Origin: a virus
Direction: 5' to 3' (one strand)
IMG/VR virus record: IMGVR_UViG_3300033549_000082
Location: 1-45,068 of that record
Length of the DNA: 45,068 nucleotides
How positions within the stretch are numbered: the first letter of the stretch is position 1; every line of letters begins with the position of its first letter. The notes below the pieces were generated by a model. That model had not been told where the DNA came from. It worked only from the letters and a program-made list of their open reading frames with translations, and ran no database searches. Positions 7,077-13,748 of this stretch are shown piece by piece. Position numbers and translations under genes: made by a program.

Positions 7077-7119
7077 GATATATATAGATATATATATAGA
7101 TATATATATATCTATATAG
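7077..7119. repeat. (TA)n-rich tandem and palindromic tract
   Basis: GATATATATA GATATATATATA GATATATATATATCTATATAG. It includes the perfect 16-nt palindrome AGATATATATATATCT (7098-7113). Confidence 0.85.
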
Positions 7120-7172
7120 AAAAACTACTAATAAGTAATTGAATTTACTCAAAAAAAAATCCAAAAAAATAC

Positions 7173-7201
7173 TTGACTTTTTCCTGTTCGTGGGATATAA
7201 C
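7173..7201 (+). promoter_or_regulatory. early sigma70-type promoter with upstream A-tracts
   Basis: TTGACT, a 17-nt spacer, then TATAAC. A9 and A7 tracts at 7151-7169 are UP-element-like. The first early gene starts at 7244. Confidence 0.7.
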
Positions 7202-7202
7202 G

Positions 7203-7221
7203 GTTTTGTGGTTTTATGGTT
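7203..7221 (+). repeat. iteron-like repeat GTTTTGTGGTTTTATGGTT immediately after the -10 of the early promoter
   Basis: Direct copy of 6875-6893. It sits at about +2 to +20 relative to the -10 end, which is an operator position. Confidence 0.65.
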
Positions 7222-7243
7222 ATGAGGGATAGGAGGTTTTTAT

Positions 7244-7480
7244 ATGAAGATAAAATTAAATGAAGCAATGTTTATCGTAAAGGTTTATGAGAGTTTGGAA
7301 GACGGTCTAATAGAGGTGAGAGACTTCAATAAAGAGGTAAAGGAATCATTGGTAGAGGTATTAACTACCATGATTGGAGTCTTCGAAAAAACAAACTTGC
7401 TTGAGGAGGCGGATGAGGTTATCTTCAAGTATGAGGAAAAAAAGAAAAGAGGAGGAATAAATGATAACAATAGGGGATAA
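7244..7480 (+). CDS. early hypothetical protein (acidic, 78 aa)
   Basis: AGGAGG 7 nt upstream. First ORF after the early promoter. Confidence 0.65.
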   Translation: MKIKLNEAMFIVKVYESLEDGLIEVRDFNKEVKESLVEVLTTMIGVFEKTNLLEEADEVIFKYEEKKKRGGINDNNRG

Positions 7481-7718
7481 GAAGTTTGAGATTCAAAAAA
7501 TTGTGAGACCAGAGACGATTAAGGTCTCCACTACAATAAAAGTAAAAGGAGGCAGAATAAGAGCTTCTCTCTACAAAAAAGGAGATGACAGCCTTAACAG
7601 TGAAAGGTTGAAATTCCATATATTAAATGCAGAAGGTGGTGTAGCACCCTCTACATATCATGAGTACAGAATAAACTACGAGTTCATCCAAAACCTCTCA
7701 CCTGAAGTCAAAATTTAA
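7461..7718 (+). CDS. early hypothetical protein (85 aa)
   Basis: AGGAGG 5 nt upstream. Overlaps the previous ORF by 20 nt. Confidence 0.65.
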   Translation: MITIGDKKFEIQKIVRPETIKVSTTIKVKGGRIRASLYKKGDDSLNSERLKFHILNAEGGVAPSTYHEYRINYEFIQNLSPEVKI

Positions 7719-7750
7719 ACGTAGGTGAGAGAGTTAAAGGAGGTTTTAAA

Positions 7751-8080
7751 TTGGAAGATAAATGTTATGTGTATGCAGATGGGAGGATAATCTACTGCTC
7801 CTCCCATGAAGAGTTTGCAAGAAAACAAGGATTTTCTGATTCTGATTCACTCCAGAAAAAATTCAATGCTGTTAAACTAACTGATTATGGCTGGGTTAAG
7901 GAACTTGAATTTGAATTAACAGGTAGACAAATCACATCAATTATTCAAGTTTCCTTAAAGCAAGGTGTGCCTGTGCCTGTGTTCTTAAGGTCTTACCTGC
8001 CAAACTTTACGGGGTTTGATACCCCTATAGGGTGGCTGAAAGTTAAAGACCTTAAAATTCTGCTTGCTATGGTGGGATAA
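7751..8080 (+). CDS. early hypothetical protein (109 aa)
   Basis: TTG start with AAGGAGG 7 nt upstream. No in-frame ATG nearby. Confidence 0.55.
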   Translation: MEDKCYVYADGRIIYCSSHEEFARKQGFSDSDSLQKKFNAVKLTDYGWVKELEFELTGRQITSIIQVSLKQGVPVPVFLRSYLPNFTGFDTPIGWLKVKDLKILLAMVG

Positions 8081-8092
8081 AGGAGATGAAAA

Positions 8093-8281
8093 ATGGAAAA
8101 GAACACAAAAAAACTCCTTTCTGCAAAAAAATCATCCATAGTGAAGATGATGATAAGAAAGGGGATAAAAATAAAAAGGAGCTGGAATAAAACTCAGCTT
8201 CTTGAGGCTTTTGAAAGGGAAGGCTTGGAAGTAGAGGTAAAAAGAAGAGAATTTTATAATCCTCAGATAAAGGAGAAGTAA
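8093..8281 (+). CDS. small basic protein with possible HeH/SAP-like DNA-binding motif
   Basis: 62 aa and Lys/Arg rich. The segment WNKTQLLEAFEREGLEV resembles Rho-N/SAP helix-extension-helix motifs. AAGGAG lies 7 nt upstream. Confidence 0.45.
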   Translation: MEKNTKKLLSAKKSSIVKMMIRKGIKIKRSWNKTQLLEAFEREGLEVEVKRREFYNPQIKEK

Positions 8282-8282
8282 G

Positions 8283-8537
8283 GTGTTTGAGTTGACATGT
8301 TTTACAAGGCAAAATAGAGATGGAGAGTATGCTGCTTACAGCCTGGGAAGATTTGAACAACTCTCTTGGGCTATAAACAGCATAAATATTGAGGATGCTC
8401 TTTCTTGCATTGATGAACCTGCAGGATTGACAGATATTTATGCTATAGAAGAGAGTGGAGCAGTTGTAGCAATAGGCTACTTAACCATCAATGCCCTTAA
8501 ATGGGTATTTACAAAGGAGGAAAAAGATGAAGGATGA
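8283..8537 (+). CDS. early hypothetical protein (84 aa)
   Basis: GTG start with AAGGAG 7 nt upstream. Confidence 0.5.
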   Translation: MFELTCFTRQNRDGEYAAYSLGRFEQLSWAINSINIEDALSCIDEPAGLTDIYAIEESGAVVAIGYLTINALKWVFTKEEKDEG

Positions 8538-8955
8538 CATAATGACAGAGTCATCAGTCAGAGTGGACGTGGTGGTTTTAGCAAACGGAATAAAAGGAAT
8601 GCAAAAAGTTGATGTGTTCTCTCGCTCAGTAGGGGATGCTTGCAGAAAAGCAATTTGGTTGGCAGGACTTGTCTTACCACCTGAAGAGAGAATAACAAGA
8701 ACAGAAGAAGCACTAAGGTTTCTTGGAGTTATCGGCATTACTCCAAGAATAAAAAAGAAAAAAAAAGGAGGTAGTATGAAAGAAAAAGAAGATAGGGATA
8801 GTTGCGAGTGGGAAGACTGCAATTTCATGGCAGAGTTTTTAATCATACCAAAGATTCAGGTAGGGTTCGAAGACTTTATGGTATGCGAAAAACATAAAGT
8901 AAAATTTTCAGTTAAGGAGTATTTCATATACTCCTTATGGGAGGAACATGGATAA
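8527..8955 (+). CDS. early hypothetical protein with C-terminal Cys/His cluster
   Basis: The ORF track gives 8491-8955. The ATG at 8527 has AAGGAGG 6 nt upstream. The C-terminal half carries CEWEDC...CEKH. An internal A-run plus SD plus ATG sits at 8751-8779. Confidence 0.55.
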   Translation: MKDDIMTESSVRVDVVVLANGIKGMQKVDVFSRSVGDACRKAIWLAGLVLPPEERITRTEEALRFLGVIGITPRIKKKKKGGSMKEKEDRDSCEWEDCNFMAEFLIIPKIQVGFEDFMVCEKHKVKFSVKEYFIYSLWEEHG

Positions 8956-9172
8956 AGTAAGGAGAGAGATATATTTGAGGTATGCGAAAAACATAAATTT
9001 TCTGAACTATGTCGAACTTGCTGGCTGGTTTTTCGCAAAACAAGAGAAAACCAATGTTCGGGAAGGAAAAATAGTTCAATCCCTTCTTGATGAATTAAAA
9101 GAAGAGGATAGAAATATGAATCCTTTCTTAGAAGTATTCAGAGAAATTCTTAAGTTAGAAGGATATTGTTAA
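8948..9172 (+). CDS. early hypothetical protein (74 aa)
   Basis: GGGAGG upstream. Overlaps the previous stop. Confidence 0.55.
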   Translation: MDKVRREIYLRYAKNINFLNYVELAGWFFAKQEKTNVREGKIVQSLLDELKEEDRNMNPFLEVFREILKLEGYC

Positions 9173-9176
9173 CCTT

Positions 9177-9216
9177 CTCCGCCATGCCTGCGGCGGAGTG
9201 AAAAAAAAGCAGGCAT
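9177..9216 (+). promoter_or_regulatory. interlocked GC-rich hairpins at the entry to the GC-rich cassette
   Basis: Stem A pairs CTCCGCC (9177-9183) with GGCGGAG (9192-9198). Its 8-nt loop ATGCCTGC (9184-9191) is complementary to GCAGGCAT (9209-9216), which follows an A8 run. Confidence 0.35.
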
Positions 9217-9291
9217 TCAGCAGGTTATATGCACTTTTTCAGTAATCACAAAGACGTAAGTTTTATCGAGGCACATACAGAGGAGAAATGC

Positions 9292-9573
9292 ATGCTTATT
9301 CAACACCCATATATTGAGCCTGAATGGAGTGTTGAAGAAATTCGTTCCCGCTGTGCTAAGGAAATTGGGCAAGCGGTAGAAGCGGAGAAGTTGATAATCA
9401 ACGGGGATTATACCCTTGTTGCTATCATTCTTCTTGCAAGAGCAGAGGAAGGAAAGCCTACGGGCTTTCTTGCTATGAAGAAATTCAATGAACCGAGCAA
9501 TGAGAAGGATGCAGAGGGGAGAATAATACACCAGAACATCCTGAAACCGGTGGGAATCAGGTGGATAAGTTAA
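9292..9573 (+). CDS. hypothetical protein (93 aa) in the GC-rich cassette
   Basis: The ORF track gives 9229-9573. The ATG at 9292 has GAGGAG 6 nt upstream. The overlapping antisense ORF 9217-9609 looks non-protein-like. Confidence 0.5.
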   Translation: MLIQHPYIEPEWSVEEIRSRCAKEIGQAVEAEKLIINGDYTLVAIILLARAEEGKPTGFLAMKKFNEPSNEKDAEGRIIHQNILKPVGIRWIS

Positions 9574-9697
9574 GAAGTTAAAAAAATTCCCAAACCCAAC
9601 ACTCCGCAAGGGGGCTTGGTAGAAAGGGGATGCTACATACTAATCTTTAATCAGCAGCCCGACGTCTGCTTAAACAACGCCGGAAAGGAAAAACAAA

Positions 9698-10462
9698 ATG
9701 AAAGGAATTAAAATGGTTATGATAAAAAAATTGCAGGAAGAGTTGAAGAAGTTATATGATGGAAAGTATTTCGCCCCGATTTGTTTCGGGGATTCCTTTC
9801 TTAAAAAAGGGAAGCAATATTTCATAAATAGAGGTAATTTAGCCTCTATATATGAGTTTGAACATGCACATATCACCGGGAAAAAATTTACCCCGGCAAT
9901 AAATATATCTGAGTGTATCTCAGATATAAATATATTTAGAATGGCACAGGACATCCTTTCAGGAAACTTTTATCTGGGGGAGCCGGTCGAAAAGAATTCA
10001 CTCCCTGTAACAAAATGGAAGGAGGTGGATTTGTTGGCGGTTCTTCGGGAAAAGGACATACAAATGAAAACTATAGACAAGTACTTGCTATGTCTTGACC
10101 CGTCTGCGGTTGAGATATGGCACTATGAATGGCATACTGCGGTATGTGGTTTGCGCAACGGCACCGGTTGCGGTACTGCGGAAATGTCATATATAGTTAT
10201 TCCTAATCCTGACCCTGAAGGGGAGTTCTACCGACCCTTCTATGGAGAAAAGCTGATAGGGAAATGGGGTCGGGGTTTCGGGAACGTATCATCTCAGTCT
10301 GTCCCCAAAATAGAAACTGACTTTGAACTCACTGAAGAAACGGAACAGTGGGTGAATCAGCATTTAGAAGAATTCACCCACGTTCAGAAAAGTTCCGCTC
10401 ATACCGAAGCCGAATATGCTGAGGCTGAGGCGGAAAGGCAAAGGAGAGAATATGAATATTAG
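9698..10462 (+). CDS. hypothetical protein (254 aa) in the GC-rich cassette
   Basis: Long ORF with about 45-48% GC. Acidic C-terminal tail (EAEYAEAEAERQRREYEY). No motif recognised. Confidence 0.6.
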   Translation: MKGIKMVMIKKLQEELKKLYDGKYFAPICFGDSFLKKGKQYFINRGNLASIYEFEHAHITGKKFTPAINISECISDINIFRMAQDILSGNFYLGEPVEKNSLPVTKWKEVDLLAVLREKDIQMKTIDKYLLCLDPSAVEIWHYEWHTAVCGLRNGTGCGTAEMSYIVIPNPDPEGEFYRPFYGEKLIGKWGRGFGNVSSQSVPKIETDFELTEETEQWVNQHLEEFTHVQKSSAHTEAEYAEAEAERQRREYEY

Positions 10463-10811
10463 GCGGTTAAGATTACCTCCGGGCGGCGTATTCACGGCAG
10501 CAAACTATATGTTTCCGTTGGAAACCTTACAGGTGTCTCAGCTACAGCACCTGCTGAGAATTGTGAGAACCAAGTCAAGAGGTCAATGGTTGTTTTATGC
10601 CGCCAGAGACCTCAAAGCGGCGGGAAAATACAGATTAGAAAAATTTGTTAGGTGGATTTTATCACTAAGCAGAGAGGAAGCGGAAACTGCTCTCTGCTTA
10701 GTGATGAATAACGGGGATGAGCAAGGATACGTTTATTTCAGTAGTTTCGTCTGCAAAAACCTCGCTATTTTGGCAGGAGACGAAGAATACCTGTCCAGCA
10801 ATCCAATTTGA
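10452..10811 (+). CDS. hypothetical protein (119 aa) in the GC-rich cassette
   Basis: The ORF track gives 10416-10811. The ATG at 10452 has AAGGAGAG upstream and overlaps the previous stop (ATGAATATTAG). Confidence 0.55.
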   Translation: MNIRRLRLPPGGVFTAANYMFPLETLQVSQLQHLLRIVRTKSRGQWLFYAARDLKAAGKYRLEKFVRWILSLSREEAETALCLVMNNGDEQGYVYFSSFVCKNLAILAGDEEYLSSNPI

Positions 10812-10828
10812 AATACCCTACCTCGAAT

Positions 10829-10860
10829 AAGGGCTTATTCTGATTATAGAATAAGCCTTT
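10829..10860 (+). terminator. hairpin with weak T-tract (attenuator or terminator)
   Basis: GGCTTATTC-tgattata-GAATAAGCC followed by TTTGTGT. Confidence 0.4.
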
Positions 10861-10896
10861 GTGTAAAAAGGAGATAAAATAAAAAGGAGATAAAAC

Positions 10897-11100
10897 ATGG
10901 AAAAAAGAGATTTGCAATTTTTGGAAACTTGCCGTTATGACAATTTCCTCTCGGTTATGAGGTTCGAGAGTGTGGTTGCTGAAGATAACATCCACTACCT
11001 CGACATCAAATTGGAGGAAATTTTTGCGGGGCAAATAGGAGTCAGCATAACTGCTTCTCAGAAGTTATGGCAACTGCCGAAATACAGGGATGCGGTGTAA
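10897..11100 (+). CDS. hypothetical protein (67 aa)
   Basis: Preceded by a tandemly duplicated AAAAAGGAGATAAAA that contains the SD. Confidence 0.5.
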   Translation: MEKRDLQFLETCRYDNFLSVMRFESVVAEDNIHYLDIKLEEIFAGQIGVSITASQKLWQLPKYRDAV

Positions 11101-11106
11101 AGAGAC

Positions 11107-11418
11107 ATGAAAGGAAAATGTTACGAGTACAGTGTGAGAGCAATCCTTTTAGACCCGACTCTCATACTTGCAAAGGGGCATTACTACTGTCCCTTTACGA
11201 ACAGAAAATATCCGCACTGGTGGTGCGTTAGGAAAGACGGGTCGATCTATGACCCCACCGCCAGTCAGTTCCTCTCCAATGGGGAGGGTGAGTATCTCCA
11301 AGCAACAGACTTTGTAGTTTGTGAAGTCTGTGGAAAAGAGGTGGCAGAAAAAAATGCTTTTTGGTCAGGAAAGCATCCTGCTTGCTCTGGAAGGTGCTTT
11401 GAGAAGATGGTTTTATAA
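11107..11418 (+). CDS. minimal transglutaminase-like (papain-fold Cys-His-Asp) domain protein with C-terminal zinc ribbon
   Basis: 103 aa. KGKCYEYSVRAILL matches the G-x-C-x-x-F/Y-A nucleophile helix. HWWCVRKDGSIYDPT matches the H-A-W-x-E...dG.w...DPT signature of the transglutaminase core. The C-terminus has CEVCGKEV...CSGRC. Confidence 0.4.
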   Translation: MKGKCYEYSVRAILLDPTLILAKGHYYCPFTNRKYPHWWCVRKDGSIYDPTASQFLSNGEGEYLQATDFVVCEVCGKEVAEKNAFWSGKHPACSGRCFEKMVL

Positions 11419-11452
11419 CCTGAGTTTATTTTTTAAACTCAGGTTTTTTTTT
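11417..11452 (+). terminator. strong intrinsic terminator ending the early transcription unit
   Basis: AACCTGAGTTT-atttttt-AAACTCAGGTT; counting the last two T of the 3' arm, the downstream T-run is 11 T long. Confidence 0.85.
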
Positions 11453-11489
11453 ACCTAAAATTCCTAAATAGTTTCTCTCTCAACTCAGT

Positions 11490-11518
11490 TTGACAAATTC
11501 CCAAAAATATATTATACT
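11490..11518 (+). promoter_or_regulatory. sigma70-type promoter
   Basis: TTGACA, a 17-nt spacer, then TATACT. Confidence 0.7.
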
Positions 11519-11556
11519 GCGTACAGTGAAAATTGGAAAGGTCATAAAACAACTGA

Positions 11557-11585
11557 GTTCAAAAAATAAATGGAGGTGATATAAT
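11557..11585 (+). promoter_or_regulatory. extended -10 promoter
   Basis: GTTCAA, a 17-nt spacer whose last three bases TGA supply the TGn motif, then the consensus -10 TATAAT at 11580-11585. Confidence 0.55.
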
Positions 11586-11675
11586 TTCTAAATCTGGCAA
11601 AGGTGTAATGAATACTATTTTCTTATCTTGAAAACGGTTTTAATCATTACAAATCAAATATAAAACATGGGAAAC

Positions 11676-11704
11676 TTGACAAAACATGAAAACCATGATA
11701 AAAC
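11676..11704 (+). promoter_or_regulatory. sigma70-type promoter proximal to the replication operon
   Basis: TTGACA, a 17-nt spacer, then TAAAAC. It overlaps four AAAAC(C)ATG repeats (11662, 11681, 11689, 11700). Confidence 0.5.
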
Positions 11705-11736
11705 ATTTTAAATCTTAATCGAAGGAGGATTTTAAC

Positions 11737-12228
11737 ATGAACGAACAAGTAAAAGAAAATGGCATAAAAGAAAATGGCGAAAATACATCTGATTTACGCC
11801 TTGTGTTTGAGGCTCCTAAATCTGCAGATTTGATGGAGCATGAATACAGAACAATTGTAACAGGCTCACCCAAAGCGGGCGTGAAGAGTATCCATTATAT
11901 CCGCTGGGGGAATAACGTGAATAAACTTGTTGAAATTTACGGTGAAAAAGCTATCATGGAAGCTATTGAGGATAATTTACGTATCTCCCTTCAACAAGGA
12001 GTACGTAACAATCTTAATAAACTGTCCGAAGCAAACAAAGGAAAGTACATCGAGACCGACGTTATCTCAGCAATAGCTGAGGTAAAGTATGAAAGTTGGA
12101 CTCCTGAGCTAAAGGGAAGACAGATAATCTCCACAGATGTGTGGAAGAGCCAAACAGAGGACAGAATCAAAGCTATGACGGCAGAAGAGAGATTGGCATA
12201 TATCGAAAAAGTTCAAGCAATGGTTTAA
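11737..12228 (+). CDS. hypothetical protein (163 aa), first gene of the middle/replication operon
   Basis: AAGGAGG 8 nt upstream. Confidence 0.65.
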   Translation: MNEQVKENGIKENGENTSDLRLVFEAPKSADLMEHEYRTIVTGSPKAGVKSIHYIRWGNNVNKLVEIYGEKAIMEAIEDNLRISLQQGVRNNLNKLSEANKGKYIETDVISAIAEVKYESWTPELKGRQIISTDVWKSQTEDRIKAMTAEERLAYIEKVQAMV

Positions 12229-12241
12229 AATTCAGAAAAAG

Positions 12242-12278
12242 GACTCCTAAAATTAGTACTTTAGGAGTTCTTCTTTAT
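12242..12278 (+). terminator. hairpin plus T-rich tail (attenuator) after the first operon gene
   Basis: ACTCCTAAA-attagtac-TTTAGGAGT followed by TCTTCTTTAT. Confidence 0.4.
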
Positions 12279-12307
12279 ACAAAAATGAGTAAAAATGAGG
12301 AGTTAAA

Positions 12308-13171
12308 ATGGGAAAACGACAAGGTATAATGTTAGCCTATCCTTTCGAGGAAAGGCGAATAACAGATAAAAAGTTCGGATGGAGTCCGCCTTATTTTATA
12401 CAGCCAAAACTTGATGGTCTTCGTTGTAGAGCAGTTATAAACGAAGACGGAGAGTTTATACTCAAATCTTCTGAAGGAAATGAGTTCTTTGGATTTGAAC
12501 AAATTCAAGAAGACCTTAGAGAATGCTGTAAAGAAAGCGGAATTACGGAGTTTGATGGTGAATTATATAACCACTACCTGCCTTTTGAGGCAATTGAAAG
12601 TGCCTGTACATCTAAATATGATACAGGAGCTATTTCAAAAAGCCTTATTCAATATCACATTTTTGATATGGTAGATTCTACATTGGAAATGCCTACCTAT
12701 ATCAGACTTCGCAAAGTCTTTAAAATCAAAGAGACCGACAGGATTAAGACCGTAAAAGCTATCGCTATAAATAACCTAAATGAACTATATTCTATAACAG
12801 ATACGATTGTTACTGACTATGAAGGTTTTATCCTGCGTGAACAAAGTTCCTCTTATGTAAGAAGACGCTCAACTAAAATGCTTAAATTCAAAGCAAAAAG
12901 GTTTGATGAATACGAAATTATAGAGCCTATAGTATATAACAACCAAAAAATGGTTGGAGCATTTCAGCTAAACGGCTTCAAAGTCAGTGCAGGTAATCTT
13001 AGCCATCAAGAGCGTACATGGCTATATAATAATCTGGAGTGGTGTAAAGGGAGGAAAATATTGATAAAATTTCAATCCTTTACTGAACAACATAAACCAA
13101 GATTTGGAATTACCGTTACAATTGACGGCTTATTCGCCGCAATGAAAGGAGGATTTTTGAATGAAAGTTAA
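12308..13171 (+). CDS. ATP-dependent DNA ligase (small phage type)
   Basis: Nucleotidyltransferase motifs in order: I PKLDGLR, III FDGELY, IIIa YHIFD, IV EGFILR, V MLKFK. GAGGAG lies 5 nt upstream. Confidence 0.9.
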   Translation: MGKRQGIMLAYPFEERRITDKKFGWSPPYFIQPKLDGLRCRAVINEDGEFILKSSEGNEFFGFEQIQEDLRECCKESGITEFDGELYNHYLPFEAIESACTSKYDTGAISKSLIQYHIFDMVDSTLEMPTYIRLRKVFKIKETDRIKTVKAIAINNLNELYSITDTIVTDYEGFILREQSSSYVRRRSTKMLKFKAKRFDEYEIIEPIVYNNQKMVGAFQLNGFKVSAGNLSHQERTWLYNNLEWCKGRKILIKFQSFTEQHKPRFGITVTIDGLFAAMKGGFLNES

Positions 13172-13748
13172 AGACCTTAAAGAGCTAAGCCCTAATTTGA
13201 TGGTTTTGGTTAAAGACAATGAAGATACTTATGATTTTAACTTGTATATAGAAAACACACTTACTTCTCATGAATATTATATCTTTAAGTTATCCGATTT
13301 ATTTAAACTTGATGCGGATACTGAAATAAAAGCTATAATTGATGATAAAATTCATGAGATAGCCAGCTATCATATAACATACGGAGGAGAGATAGTTTTA
13401 GAAACGGCTCAAAAAAAGCCCTTAGAAAATAAGTCTATAAATGAATGGACTTCATTGATTCATAAACTATCAGTAGAAAAAGGCTGGTGGGAGACAGAAG
13501 TTATACCAGAAAAACTACTACTAATTCACTCAGAGATATCCGAAGCAGTTGAAGAGCTTAGGGACGGGACAGAGGTAACCTATTTTATGGACAAAAAGCC
13601 TTGCGGGTTAATTTTTGAGTTGATTGACGTTATTATACGAACCCTTGATGTATTAGGCTTCTACGATTGCAATGTAGAAGAAATGTTAAGAATAAAACAT
13701 TCTTACAACGAGACTCGTACATATAGGCATGGAGGTAAGTTACTATGA
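13161..13748 (+). CDS. protein with C-terminal MazG-like nucleoside triphosphate pyrophosphohydrolase domain
   Basis: 195 aa. LIHSEISEAVEELRDG carries the EXXE...E acidic helix, and ELIDVIIRTLDVLGF is the second metal-binding helix. The N-terminal 100 aa or so are unassigned. Confidence 0.65.
   Translation: MKVKDLKELSPNLMVLVKDNEDTYDFNLYIENTLTSHEYYIFKLSDLFKLDADTEIKAIIDDKIHEIASYHITYGGEIVLETAQKKPLENKSINEWTSLIHKLSVEKGWWETEVIPEKLLLIHSEISEAVEELRDGTEVTYFMDKKPCGLIFELIDVIIRTLDVLGFYDCNVEEMLRIKHSYNETRTYRHGGKLL

Noticed and set aside
4793-7243. tRNA genes, a reverse transcriptase/retron or DGR, an integrase or a transposase hidden in the non-coding region
   Set aside because: No T-arm or acceptor-stem geometry was found around GGTTC-like strings (for example 5063-5073). 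No ORF of adequate size is present. No YxDD, tyrosine/serine recombinase or DDE motif appears anywhere in the six-frame track. Read-through of a single stop type does not open long ORFs, because TAA, TAG and TGA all occur in every frame.
9217-9609. Minus-strand 130-aa ORF overlapping ORF 9229-9573
   Set aside because: It runs antisense to an ORF that has a proper SD and ATG. Its composition is not protein-like (Phe/Leu/Cys rich, as in antisense reading). All surrounding genes are on the plus strand.
12141-12674. Plus-strand ORFs 12141-12329 and 12480-12674
   Set aside because: The first spans the 3' end of ORF 11737-12228, the attenuator hairpin and the ligase start in another frame, without an SD. 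The second lies out of frame inside the ligase gene, whose motif order is intact.
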